A stretch of DNA of 64,000 nt. Origin: an uncultured Actinomycetes bacterium. Lineage in GTDB: Bacteria; Actinomycetota; Thermoleophilia; Gaiellales; JAICJC01. The stretch covers positions 906,518 through 970,517 of the forward strand of contig CAVSYD010000003.1 in the NCBI GenBank assembly GCA_963732075.1, read 5' to 3'. This document shows, in pieces, positions 20,275 to 30,182 of the stretch (position 1 is its first letter; each line of letters opens with the position of its first letter). Position numbers and translations under genes: made by a program. Under the pieces are notes generated by a model. That model had not been told where the DNA came from. It did not search any database and was given only the letters and a program-made list of their open reading frames with translations.

Positions 20275-20995
20275 CTACGACCGAGGACGGCGGAGGGCGT
20301 AGCCGAAGCCACGCACCGTGTGGATCAGCGGCGTCTCGCCGTCGGCGTCGACCTTCTTCCGCAGGTAGCTGATGTATGTCTCAACCACACTCGAACCGCC
20401 CCCGAAGTCGTAGTTCCACACGTGATCGAGTATCTGGGCCTTGCTCAGGACGCGTTCGCGATTCATCAGCAGATAGTGAAGGAGGTTGTATTCAGTCGGC
20501 GAGAGGTTGATCACCCGAGCGCCCCTGGTCACCTCGCGAGCGTCCTCATCGATCTGGAGATCGTCGTAGCGCAATAACGCTGAATCGTCGGCCCCGCCGC
20601 GGGTGCGCCGCAGGATCGCCCGCAGGCGCAGTACGAGCTCCTCGAGGCTGAACGGCTTTCCCACGAAGTCATCCGCGCCCAGGGTCAGGCCCTGAATACG
20701 TCCTGCGGCGTGTCGCGCGCGGTGAGGAACAACACCGGTGTCCCGCCGGAGGTGGCATTGAGCCGGCGATAGACCTCGAATCCATCCCAGTCCGGCATCA
20801 TCACGTCAAGCACGATGATGTCGGGGCGAAACGTCCGTGCCGACCGAACCGCCGCCTTCCCGTCACCGGCTGTCTCCACCTCGAACCCTTCGTAACGGAG
20901 CACCGTGACACCAACTCGGTGATCGACTCCTCGTCATCGACGACGAGAACTCGAGGCCTCTCCGCCTGATCCTTCCCTGCCCGCGTGGCCATCAT
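20275..20995 (-). pseudogene. OmpR/PhoB-family response regulator, 2 frame changes
   Basis: The receiver domain is RVLVVDDEESITELV plus DIIVLDVMMPDWDGFEV. The winged-helix domain is LSPTEYNLLHYLLMNRERVLSKAQILDHVWNYDF..TVRGFGYAL. The pieces are split over ORFs 20801.., 20685.. and 20275... Confidence 0.85.
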
Positions 20996-21118
20996 GATCT
21001 CCCGTGGATTGCGACTGCGAGCACAATACTGACGTGACCACCTGAGAGAAGCCTGTGAGCCGGATCAGAGATCCCGCAGAGCGCTCTCAATTTCACGCGT
21101 CGACGGGCGTAAAGTTTG

Positions 21119-21156
21119 GGCGTGCGGCGGCCAACTGTTTCTGACCGCCGCACGCC
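21119..21156 (-). terminator. GC-rich hairpin downstream of the small secreted-protein gene
   Basis: GGCGTGCGGCGG (21119-21130) pairs with CCGCCGCACGCC (21145-21156) around a 14-nt loop. On the minus strand a short CTTT follows. Confidence 0.4.
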
Positions 21157-21169
21157 GGTTGCTCCGGGC

Positions 21170-21471
21170 TCAGCTGCTCCCGCTGCTACCGCTGGTCCCA
21201 CCTGGCGCACCGGTCATGCCGGGGCACTTGTGGGTGGGGGTCGACTTCTTGGTCGTCGACTTCGTCTTGGCCGCGACGGTCACCGCCGAAGCGGTCGTTG
21301 CGGCCGCTCGCGCGTGGGTCGTGGCGTGATGGGAGTCCGCCGCCGATGCGAGGCTCACGGCTCCGGCCGACACGGCCACCGCGAGAACGCCCGTGAGGAC
21401 GACGCGACGCGCCGACGTGAACCCACGCCAACGGCGAACATCCCTGCTTTGGGGGTTTCGTTGCTGTCCAT
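21170..21471 (-). CDS. small secreted Ser/Thr/Ala-rich protein; one apparent frameshift near the start
   Basis: GAGAGGAGGTGAGT-ATG at 21471. After a one-nucleotide shift it reads RRVVLTGVLAVAVSAGAVSLASA (signal peptide), then ..KTKSTTKKSTPTHKCPGMTGAPGGTSGSSGSS*. Confidence 0.4.
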
Positions 21472-21572
21472 ACTCACCTCCTCTCAGGGTTGAGATTAAC
21501 CCTAATTCGCCACCTTGGGAGCCACTTGAGAACGGCATGTGGATCGGGTCAGAGGTGAGGGCGCAACAGCGG

Positions 21573-21603
21573 GTGGGGAGCCCCGCGACCCGGGGCTCCC
21601 CAC
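21573..21603 (-). terminator. 13-bp hairpin immediately downstream of the phosphoesterase gene
   Basis: GTGGGGAGCCCCG - cgacc - CGGGGCTCCCCAC. No clear U-tract. Confidence 0.35.
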
Positions 21604-21612
21604 TCGGTGGTT

Positions 21613-22787
21613 TCAGCGGAACAGCGGGGTCAGCAGCTGCGCGCGCGAGATCGAGCAGGTGTTCTCGAGGCACCCGAGGTGCCACATGCGCTCGATCGTG
21701 GCGAGCAGGTTGTAGTGATTCGCCGGAACATCGAGCACGCGGTGACCGGACCCGCGCGAGTTCAGCACGATCGTCGGTACCTGAGCGCCGCCGAGGGTGA
21801 TTCCGTCAACTCCCTTGGGGCTGGTCGACGTCCCGCTGAAGCCGGAGTAATCATCCTCGTCCCAGGTGATCACGATCGACGACCGAGTCGTGCGCCATGT
21901 CCGCGAATGCGTGATCATCGCCACGGTTCGCCGCAGGAAGCGATCGCCAAGGCGGATCGCGCCGTGGTCGAGCCCCGACACCGGGTAGCCACATCGCGGC
22001 AACCCGATCAGGACTGCCTGGGCCGGGTCGATACCGTGCATGTCATGGCAGGTGTCGGGACTGATCCAGACAAAGTTCGGGACGTGCCCCGACCGCAGGT
22101 TGGACGCCAGACGGCGGAGCGGCACGATCTGACGGAGCCGCCTGCTGCCCGGATGGTTGATGTCCGAGAAGTACATGAACGGGTTGTGCTTCTGGACATA
22201 CAGCGCCACCGCCACGGGGCCGGATGGCGTCTGAATCGTCGGAGCGTCCACGGCCTGAGAGCCGACGCTGGGGATGCTCTGCATGTACGCCCGCCACGAC
22301 AGGTGGTGCGCCTCGAGCTGATCGACGAGGTTTGCGCCGGAAAACAGGTGCGGAGTCGCACTCGCGCTCGCGATCTCGGCCTTCGTCAGATAGTTCCCCG
22401 CGGTGCCGTCGCCCGCGGTGGGAATGAACTCCTCCGGCGGGCACGTGATCGCAGCGCCGGCCTGGCAGTCATCCCAGATGCCTTGGAAACTGCCTGAAAT
22501 CGCGGCCAGGTAGTTCGGAAGGCTGGGGTGCGTGACGCCGTAGTAGTCCGTCGCCAGGCCCGCCCGTGCCGCAAGGCGATTGATGAACGGCGCATCGGCG
22601 TGGTTGCCGATGATCTCGGAGGTACCCCGTGGTTCTCCATCATGATGTAGAAGATGTGCCGCGGCGCAGCGTGCGGCGGCTCGGAGCGCGGTGACGGTGG
22701 CTTTGCCGACGCGCTCTGAGCGACAAGGAGCAGCGACGCGAGCGCCACCAGGAACGCTGCCACAAGACGACCTTTTGCTCGGATCAT
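21613..22787 (-). CDS. secreted phosphoesterase-family protein (acid phosphatase / non-haemolytic phospholipase C type); one apparent frameshift near 22620
   Basis: Signal peptide is LVAAFLVALASLLLVAQSASA, followed by IFYIMMENHG in ORF 22386..22787. The rest lies in ORF 21613..22872: HPSLPNYLAAISGS, YVQKHNPFMYF, VPNFVWISPDTCHDMHG and ITWDEDD. Confidence 0.75.
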
Positions 22788-22960
22788 TTTCCGTTCCCCC
22801 TCTCGTGAACACGGCAGGACGCAGCGACTCTACGAGCCGCGCACCGAGATCGGGTAACCGGACGGTGAGCATTCAGTGAACGATTGGCAATGACTCCCCA
22901 GGGAAGAGTGTCGAATCGCCGCCACGCCCAGGTGTGCCGCACTATGTTGGCGGCTGAGAG

Positions 22961-24104
22961 ATGACAGCATCCACGCGCACCGTGGTGGTGGGACTGGGCG
23001 TCGTCGGACTTTCGACCGCGCTCGCGCTCGCGCGCCGGGGAACACACGTGATCGGCGTCGACCGGCTCGGGAGCGGGCACCCATACACGTCCTCCACCGG
23101 CGTCAGCCGATCGATCCGGGTCGCCTACGCGCTGCCCGACTACGCGCGGCTCGCGGCGGAGACGCTCGATCGGTGGGCACAGCTCGAGGTGCGGTCGGGC
23201 GGCCGGTTGCTGCACCTAACGGGGCAGGTGGACATCGGCACGCCCGAGATCCTGACCGGGCTGACCGTGGGCCTGCGCGCGGCCGGCGCGGAGTACGACG
23301 AGATGACCGCCGCCGACATGCGCCAGCGCGTCCCGGATCGCGGTCGGCGACGATGCATATGGACTCTTCCACCCGCGGGCCGGCGCGGTGCTCGCCGATC
23401 GGGCGATGGCGGCGCTGAGCTCCGCGGCCGTCGCCGCCGGAGCCGAGCTGCGCTCGCCAGAGCGGGCTCTCGCGGTGATCCCGTCCGCCGACGGCGGCGT
23501 GCGCGTCACAACCGAGGCGGGCACGATCGCCGCCGACCGCGCGGTGATCGCGGCCGGCCCGTGGACGCCGGAGCTCGCAGAGCCGCTCGGCGCCCACCTG
23601 CCACTGGCTCCGGCCTACGGCCAGGTCACCTACTTCGACGCGCCCGCGTTCGTGGGCGTCCCGGGCTTCGTCGAGTGGGGACGCGCCGGCGAGTGCGGCG
23701 TCTACGGCCACCCGGTGCCCGGCGTGGGCTACAAGCTCGGCTTCGACGCGGCGGGCGACGCCCCCTGGCGGCCCGACTCAGCCCCGGTGCCCGACCCCGA
23801 TGAGCAGCGCCGCCTCGAGGAGTGGGTGGGCAGCCGCATGCCCGGCCTGTCCGGCCGAGCGCTGCGGAGCGACCGCCATCCGTGGACGATGACCCCGGAC
23901 GGGGATTTCGCCATCGGCGCGCTCGGCCCGGTCACCATCGCCGCCGGGTGCTCGGGCCACGCCTTCAAGTTCGGCCCCGCGCTGGGCGAGCTGGTCGCCG
24001 ACACGAGCGACGGCAACCCGCGACCCGCCGCGGCGATGTTCGCTCTCGACCGCAGCGCGCTTCACGGGCCCGCCCCGGCACCCTCCATGCCGATCACCCG
24101 CTAG
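22961..24104 (+). CDS. FAD-dependent oxidoreductase, sarcosine/N-methyltryptophan oxidase-like (DAO family); one apparent frameshift near 23340
   Basis: N-terminus VVVGLGVVGLSTALALARRGTHVIGVD. C-terminal half lies in ORF 23388..24104, with ADRAVIAAGPWTPEL and AAGCSGHAFKFGPALGE. Confidence 0.7.
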
Positions 24105-24132
24105 CGATCCAGAGCCTCGACCGCGGCGTCGG

Positions 24133-26228
24133 TTGGAGGGATGCCAATCAGGCGCGGATACGGTCTTCGACTTGGCGCAACACCGCCCCCGAGGCCGCCG
24201 CAGGCGGCACCAACTCCTGCGCCGGAGACTCGCGGCCGTGTGCGTCGCGGCCGCCGCCTGCGTCGTTCTCATCGGCGGGGCTCAGCGGCTGCTGGCGGCG
24301 GCTCGAGCTCCAATGCCGATCCGGGCCCGGCGAGCCTCACGGTGAAGCCTGCGACGACTACGCCGGCCGGCGGCACCTCGACGGCCGCGCGACCCGCCCC
24401 CCACCTGGTGTCCTCTTCGATTGGCATGCTGCCGGCGCCGCTGCAGGACGCTGCGGTGACGGCGGTTGGACGGGACGTGTACGCCTTCGGCGGCCTCTCC
24501 GCGTCGCTCGCATCCTCCGGTGCGGTCAGCCGGATCTCGGCGACGGGCGTGAGCACGATGACGCCGCTGCCGACTCCGCTGCACGATGCCTCCGCGACCA
24601 CCCGCGGCGGCCAGCCCTACGTTCTCGGCGGCGGCCAGTCGGTCAGCTATTCGGGCATCGGCCGGTACGACCCCGGCTCGGGGTCAACAACGCTCGTCGG
24701 CGCGTTGCCCACCCCGCTCTCCGACCTCGCGACGGCCACGATCGGCACGACCACCTACGTGGTGGGCGGCTATACCGGCACGGCCTTCTCGGATCGGATC
24801 CTGGCCTACGGGGGCGGCGGCTCAGCCCGCGTCGCCGGTCATCTGCCGGAGGGTCTCGGATACGCCGCCGTTGCGGCGCTCGGCGGCCGGCTCGTGATCG
24901 CCGGGGGCCGCACGACGGGTGGCGCGAGCGACGCCGTGCTCCGCTTCGACCCGGCGACCGGGCGCACGACCCGGATCGGGCGTCTGCCGCAGCCGCTCAT
25001 GCACGCCTCGGCCGGAGTGATCGGCTCGACGATGTACGTCGTCGGCGGGCAGACCGCGGCCGGCGCACCCACCAGCTGGGTGTTGGCGATCGATGCCACC
25101 GGCCATGTCCACCGCGCGTTCCATCTCGCTCAGCCGCTGTCCGACGCCGGGGTGGCCACAACGCCGGCCGGACTGGTGGTGGTCGGCGGATGGGACGGAC
25201 ACGGCCCGGTGGATCGGGTGTGGTCACTGCATCTGAGCTCGTCCAGATCCGGGGCCGGCGCAAGGACGGTTGCTGCGCCGCCGAGGCCTGCGATGTTCAG
25301 GGGGCCGCTGCCGGGTGACCTGCTGATCGCCGATCGCGGCAACGACCGCATGCTGATCGTGAACCCCGCCCACAGGATCCTGTGGACGTTTCCCAACCGG
25401 CCCGGGCCAGGTGCACCTGTATTTCGACGACGACACCTTCTTCACGCCCGGCGGGCGGCGGATCATCTCGAATCAGGAGGAGAACCACCAGATCGTCGAG
25501 ATCTCCTACCCCAGCGGACGGCTGGTGTGGAGTACGGCCACGCCGGCGTCCCCGGCTCGGGGCCCGGCTACCTCAACACTCCCGACGACGCCTACGCGCT
25601 CCCGCACCACCTCGTGATCGTCGCCGACGCATACAACTGTCGGGTCCTCGAACTGCGCGGAAGCCGGATCGTCCGGAGCATCGGCCAGGCCGGGCACTGC
25701 GTGCACGATCCGCCCCGGTATCTGGGTGCCGTCAACGGTGACACACCACTACCGAACCACGACATCCTGGTCTCCGAGATCAACGGCTCGTACCTCGACG
25801 AGTTCACGCTGACCGGACGCCTGGTGCGGTGTACAAGGCGCCAGTGACCTACCCGTCCGACCCGCAGTTGACGCTCAGGGGCAACATCCTTTTGGCCGAC
25901 TACACGAGCCCGGGCGGCAATCGTCATCCTGAGCCGGAAGACGGGCAGGCTGTTGTGGCGCTACGGCGTCACCTCCGGCCCCGGAATGCTCGACCACCCA
26001 AGCCTCGCGGCGATGCTCCCGAACGGCATGATCGCGCTCAACGACGACTACAACCATCGCGTCGTCATCATCAACCCGCACACGAAGAAGATCGTGTGGT
26101 CGTACGGTCACCTCGGCCGGCCCGGCAGGGCCGCCGGATACCTCAACACGCCCGACGGCTTCGAATTCATCCCCGTCACCGCGTCCGGCCGGCCGGCGCC
26201 CTGGCGCATCTGGGCCGCGGGCCGCTAG
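24133..26228 (+). pseudogene. membrane-anchored double beta-propeller protein (Kelch repeats plus NHL-like repeats), at least 5 frame changes
   Basis: The TM segment AAVCVAAAACVVLIGGA lies in ORF 24133... Kelch-type units include VYAFGG, PYVLGG, TYVVGG, LVIAGG, MYVVGG and LVVVGGW. The NHL-like part includes LLIADRGNDRMLIV, GYLNTPDDAY, VIVADAYNCRVLEL and LNDDYNHRVVIINP. It is spread over ORFs 24141.., 25411.., 25829.. and 25953... Confidence 0.65.
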
Positions 26229-26230
26229 CG

Positions 26231-26894
26231 ATGCCGGACGACGCCACGCCCGGTCCGCCCCGGCAACGAGCGCCTGACCACGTCCGTTGGACTGGTCCTC
26301 CTCGTGCTGCTCACCGCCGAAGCGCTGACCACGATCTCGCTGCACACGTATCTCTCGGTCCACATCTTCCTCGGGATGCTGCTGCTGGCGCCGGTTGCGC
26401 TCAAGCTCGCCACCACCGGCTGGCGATTCATGCGCTACTACACCAACAGCCGGCCGTACCGGCTCGAGGGGCCGCCGAGACTGCTGCTGCGACTGCTCGC
26501 GCCGCTCCTCGTCGCCTCGACCCTAACGCTGTTCGGAAGCGGCGTGGCCCTGATCCTCGTCGGGCACGGCGGGGGGCCGTTGCTCACCGTGCATGCGGCC
26601 AGCTTCGCCGTCTGGGGCGCCTTGATGGTCATCCACATCCTCGCGTACCTCACCCGCGCGGTGCGGGTCGGTCCGGCCGACTGGCGCCCCCATGCGATGG
26701 TGGTCGTCGCCGGAGCCCGCAGCCGCCGCGCAGCGCTCATCGGCGCGCTTCTCGCCGGCATCGTCATCGCCCTCGCCACGTACCCCACCCAGCAGTCGTG
26801 GCTGAAACACCGCCACCGGCACCGGTATGACGGCGGCCCCGCCCACACGGCGAGCGCCGGGCACCGATCCCACGCACATGAACGCATCGCATGA
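26231..26894 (+). CDS. hypothetical integral membrane protein (possible frameshift near 26270; alternative GTG start 26304)
   Basis: About four TM helices (VGLVLLVLLTAEAL, IFLGMLLLAPVAL, LLAPLLVASTLTLFGSGVALIL, FAVWGALMVIHILAYL). The ATG at 26231 follows the previous stop by 3 nt but is in another frame. Confidence 0.45.
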
Positions 26895-26903
26895 TGCAGG
26901 CAG

Positions 26904-27851
26904 ATGCAGGACTCCCTGGAACAGCTGCGCGACGCCGCGGCCGCCTACGGAGATCGCTTCGGTGACACGCACCTCCTGCCGCTCGCCGTCGCGCTCGTTC
27001 TCCACCTTCTGAGCCTGCTCGTTCGGGCGGGTGTCTGGCGCGGCATCCTGGCCGCAGCGTTTCCCGATCGGCGCGTCGGGTTTCGCTCGGCGGTGTGGTC
27101 ATACCTGGCCGGTGTCGGGGCGAACGCGATCGCGCCCTTCCGCGGTGGTGACGTCGTCCGGATCTTCACGATCCGGCGAGAGCTCGGGGGCGTGTCGGTG
27201 ACGACGATCGTCTCGACGCTCGTGGCCGAGACGATCTTCGGCGTGGTGGTGGTCGGCCTGATGGTCGCGGCGACGGTTGGTCTCGGCTGGCTGCCGCCGA
27301 TCGTGCACCTGCCCGACGCAAAGGCGTTCGAATTCTCGTTCTACGCTCGCCACGTCGCGCTCGTCGCGATCGCGCTCGGAGTGGTCGTCGTCTCCGTGCT
27401 GCTCGGCGCTGAATGGGCGATGCACCACCTGCGCGGCTTCTGGCTGCGCGTCAGCGCGGGCATGCGCATCCTGCGCTCACCGGGCCGGTTCGCGCGGGTG
27501 GTGGCCGCGCCCCAGCTCGTCGACTGGGCGCTGCGGGTGGGGACGGCCTACGCGATGCTCGCAGCCTTCGGCATCCCCACGGCGTTGCGCTACGCGGTGC
27601 TCGCTGTGGTGATCGACTCGGTCTCGACCGCGCTTCCGTTCACCCCCGGCGGCATCGGCGCTCAGCAGGGGCTGCTGGTGTTCGCGCTCGGCGGGGTCGC
27701 GACATCGGGCCAGGTGCTGGCGTTTTCGATCGGCGCCCAGGCGGTCATCATGGCCTTCAACGTCCTGCTCGGGCTGATCGCGATCTTCGTGCTCTTCGGG
27801 CACGTGCGGATGGGCGCCGTCAGGCGCGAGGCGCACGCCGTGCCGCGATAG
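26904..27851 (+). CDS. flippase-like / lysylphosphatidylglycerol-synthase TM-region family membrane protein (UPF0104)
   Basis: Intact 315-aa polytopic ORF. Contains the family-like block GANAIAPFRGGDVVRI and the C-terminal TPGGIGAQQG. Confidence 0.6.
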   Translation: MQDSLEQLRDAAAAYGDRFGDTHLLPLAVALVLHLLSLLVRAGVWRGILAAAFPDRRVGFRSAVWSYLAGVGANAIAPFRGGDVVRIFTIRRELGGVSVTTIVSTLVAETIFGVVVVGLMVAATVGLGWLPPIVHLPDAKAFEFSFYARHVALVAIALGVVVVSVLLGAEWAMHHLRGFWLRVSAGMRILRSPGRFARVVAAPQLVDWALRVGTAYAMLAAFGIPTALRYAVLAVVIDSVSTALPFTPGGIGAQQGLLVFALGGVATSGQVLAFSIGAQAVIMAFNVLLGLIAIFVLFGHVRMGAVRREAHAVPR

Positions 27852-27864
27852 CCTACGAGGCACC

Positions 27865-28332
27865 ATGCAGGTCGACCGCCCCGCACTCTCGGCACTGGAC
27901 GCGTTCGTGGGCGAGTGGGATGTCGAGGCGCACCTCCCGGACGCCGCCCCAGCGCCGGTGGCCGGGCTCCCGATCGTCGGCAGAGCCGTCTTCGAGTGGA
28001 TGTTCGGCGGAGAATTCCTGGTCCAGCGCACGACGATCCCCGACCCGGGCGCGCCCGACAGCTTCGCGATCGTTGGCGTCGATGCGGGCCCCGGGGCCTA
28101 CACGCAGCACTACTTCGACTCGCGTGGCGTCGCCCGCGTCTACGCGATGACCTTCAGCGACGGCGTCTGGACGCTCCTTCGGGAGGCGCCAGACTTCACG
28201 CCGCTTGACTTCTCGCAGCGCTTCTCCGGCAGGTTCAGCGCCGACCGGACGACCATCGCCGGCACCTGGGAGGTGCGCACCGACGGGTCGAGCTGGGAGC
28301 ACGACTTCGACCTGACCTACACAAGGAGATGA
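27865..28332 (+). CDS. DUF1579-like small beta-barrel protein
   Basis: Intact 155-aa ORF with the pattern FVGEWDVEAH..GRAVFEWMFGGEFLVQR..YTQHYFDSRGV..GTWEV. The family assignment comes from memory of the motif pattern only. Confidence 0.4.
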   Translation: MQVDRPALSALDAFVGEWDVEAHLPDAAPAPVAGLPIVGRAVFEWMFGGEFLVQRTTIPDPGAPDSFAIVGVDAGPGAYTQHYFDSRGVARVYAMTFSDGVWTLLREAPDFTPLDFSQRFSGRFSADRTTIAGTWEVRTDGSSWEHDFDLTYTRR

Positions 28333-28356
28333 CGCAACCCGCACGCCCGCTGTGAG

Positions 28357-28371
28357 CGGTGCCTGGCACCG
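28357..28371. repeat. 15-nt palindrome CGGTGCCTGGCACCG, copy 1
   Basis: Perfect 7-bp arms around a central T. An identical copy lies at 28489-28503. Confidence 0.7.
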
Positions 28372-28488
28372 GTCGGGCGTTCGCCGGGCGCAGCGCCTGG
28401 CCCCGTTCGCCGGCAACCGGCCAGGGAACCCGGATTCGCCACCGAGCCCCATCACGCAGGCGTCACCGAAGCCGCACCCCCTCCGTTT

Positions 28489-28503
28489 CGGTGCCTGGCA
28501 CCG
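28489..28503. repeat. 15-nt palindrome CGGTGCCTGGCACCG, copy 2
   Basis: Identical to 28357-28371. An 8-bp hairpin AGCGACGG/CCGTCGCT (28508-28531) follows and overlaps the R2lox stop codon. Confidence 0.7.
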
Positions 28504-28529
28504 TCACAGCGACGGCGAACGAACCGTCG

Positions 28530-29651
28530 CTAGCCCGGCACGTCCTCGGCGGCGTCGAGGATCACGTCCTCGAGCTCGAAGCTTCCGTGCTCCTCGCCGA
28601 CGTGGCGGTTTGCCGCTGCGACCAGCTGCTCGTCGTCCTCGGCGGTGACGACCGTGTCGCACCCGGCCTCGAGGCAGCGCCAGGCCCGGGCCACGCCTAG
28701 TCCCGCCTCCACACCGACGACGAAGTCGATGTCGGGGTCGAGGATCTGGTCGATCAGCGTCTCGTCGGGGGTGATCCCCATCTCGCGGCAGCGGTTGCGG
28801 TAGTGGCGCACCTTCATCGTCTGGTACTTCTGCAGATCGAGGCCGGGCACGGCCTTCTGGTACTCGACCAGCCCCACCAGGTTGCCGCGGTACTCGTCGA
28901 ACACCTCGTGCACGAGCGCCTCGTACGCGGGGTTCTTCTCGATCAGGATCCGGCAGGCGGCGGTGCCGAAGGTGATGTGCCGGCCCTCGTCCGCCAGGAT
29001 CAGGCGGAAGCCCTGGCGCAGCGTCGGAAACGCGTCCCACATCAGCGTCGTGTCGATCACGATCTCGTAGGACGGCATCGTCAGCACGCCCTCGGCGAAC
29101 CCGTTGTAGGCGGCCGAGAACCGCACGAACGCCGCCTCGATCTCGGACTCCTCGCCGCCCGCAACCGCCTCCATCAGCATGCCGCCATAGCGCGGCAGCG
29201 CCTCGTGCAGCACATCCTTGACCTCGAACCTGCCGGTCGGGTCGACCGTCGCCGACCGCACCAGGAAGTGCGCCGCCACCTCGTCGGGCTCGAGCACCCC
29301 GACCACCCGGTCATGCCAGAGCATGAAGAACTCGGAGTGCTTCGCCTCCTCCATCAGGAACGTCGACAGGAACATCGTCCAGTCGTAGCGGCGCAGCGCG
29401 TGTGCGGCCGCGAGCATCGGCACCAGCTCATCGGTCACCGCCTGCTCGCCCGCCAGGAAGCGCACCGTCACCCCGAGCAGGCCGCGCCGCTGCACCTCGT
29501 CGATGCGCTGCCAGTCGGCGGCGTCCTGGGAGTAGTCGAGATCCTTGGGATTCCAGACGCCCCGGATCGCCTTCTCGTACTTGCGGTAGATCGATCCCTC
29601 GACCATCTCCCGCGTGAAGTGGAACCTCGACGTCACCGAATCGGCACTCAC
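28530..29651 (-). CDS. R2-like ligand-binding oxidase (ferritin-like di-metal carboxylate protein) fused to a C-terminal DUF1059-like small metal-binding module
   Basis: Intact 373-aa ORF. Metal ligands are FLAGEQAV, FLMEEAKHSEF, GFAEGVL and LADEGRHITFG. The roughly 55-aa tail is WRCLEAGCDTVVTAEDDEQLVAAANRHVGEEHG. Confidence 0.8.
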   Translation of the reverse strand: MSADSVTSRFHFTREMVEGSIYRKYEKAIRGVWNPKDLDYSQDAADWQRIDEVQRRGLLGVTVRFLAGEQAVTDELVPMLAAAHALRRYDWTMFLSTFLMEEAKHSEFFMLWHDRVVGVLEPDEVAAHFLVRSATVDPTGRFEVKDVLHEALPRYGGMLMEAVAGGEESEIEAAFVRFSAAYNGFAEGVLTMPSYEIVIDTTLMWDAFPTLRQGFRLILADEGRHITFGTAACRILIEKNPAYEALVHEVFDEYRGNLVGLVEYQKAVPGLDLQKYQTMKVRHYRNRCREMGITPDETLIDQILDPDIDFVVGVEAGLGVARAWRCLEAGCDTVVTAEDDEQLVAAANRHVGEEHGSFELEDVILDAAEDVPG

Positions 29652-29660
29652 GGTGCAAGC

Positions 29661-30140
29661 CTACCGGCCGTGGCAGCGCTTGAACTTCTTACCCGAGCCG
29701 CACGGACACGGGTCGTTGCGGCCCGTCTTCCCGCCGCCGAGGACGTTTCCGAGCTCGGGCAGGTCGAGCGGCACCGCGTCGATGCTGCCGACGTCGCGGG
29801 CGGCGCGGATCTCCTCGAGCTCGCGCACGTCGTCGTGGTCGAGCGTCAGGACGAGCTCGACCGACTCCGGCGGCCGCTCGTCGAGCAGGCCGAGATCCTC
29901 GAGCACGCGGTGGACGTGCTCCTCGTCGAGGTCGTCCTCCTCGGGCAGGTCGATCCGCGAGGGACACACGAGCGCGAACCGCTGCCACCGCTCGCGGTCG
30001 TCGTCGCTCGGCCCGCGCTCGAGCCGCTTGCGAAACGCGCGCCGCTCCGCCGAGCCGCCGTCGCGCGCGGCGAGCGCGTCGATCAGCTCGAAGGGAAGCC
30101 AGGCCGACCAGCCCGAATCGATCAGATTCGTCATGCCCAC
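29661..30140 (-). CDS. SEC-C metal-binding-motif protein
   Basis: Intact ORF ending [20 protein letters not shown]. The middle is acidic. It lies 9 nt upstream of the R2lox gene on the same strand. Confidence 0.7.
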   Translation of the reverse strand: MGMTNLIDSGWSAWLPFELIDALAARDGGSAERRAFRKRLERGPSDDDRERWQRFALVCPSRIDLPEEDDLDEEHVHRVLEDLGLLDERPPESVELVLTLDHDDVRELEEIRAARDVGSIDAVPLDLPELGNVLGGGKTGRNDPCPCGSGKKFKRCHGR

Positions 30141-30182
30141 ACCCTACGCGCCGGGGCGTCGCTGGGTTAGGATTGTGCGGCG

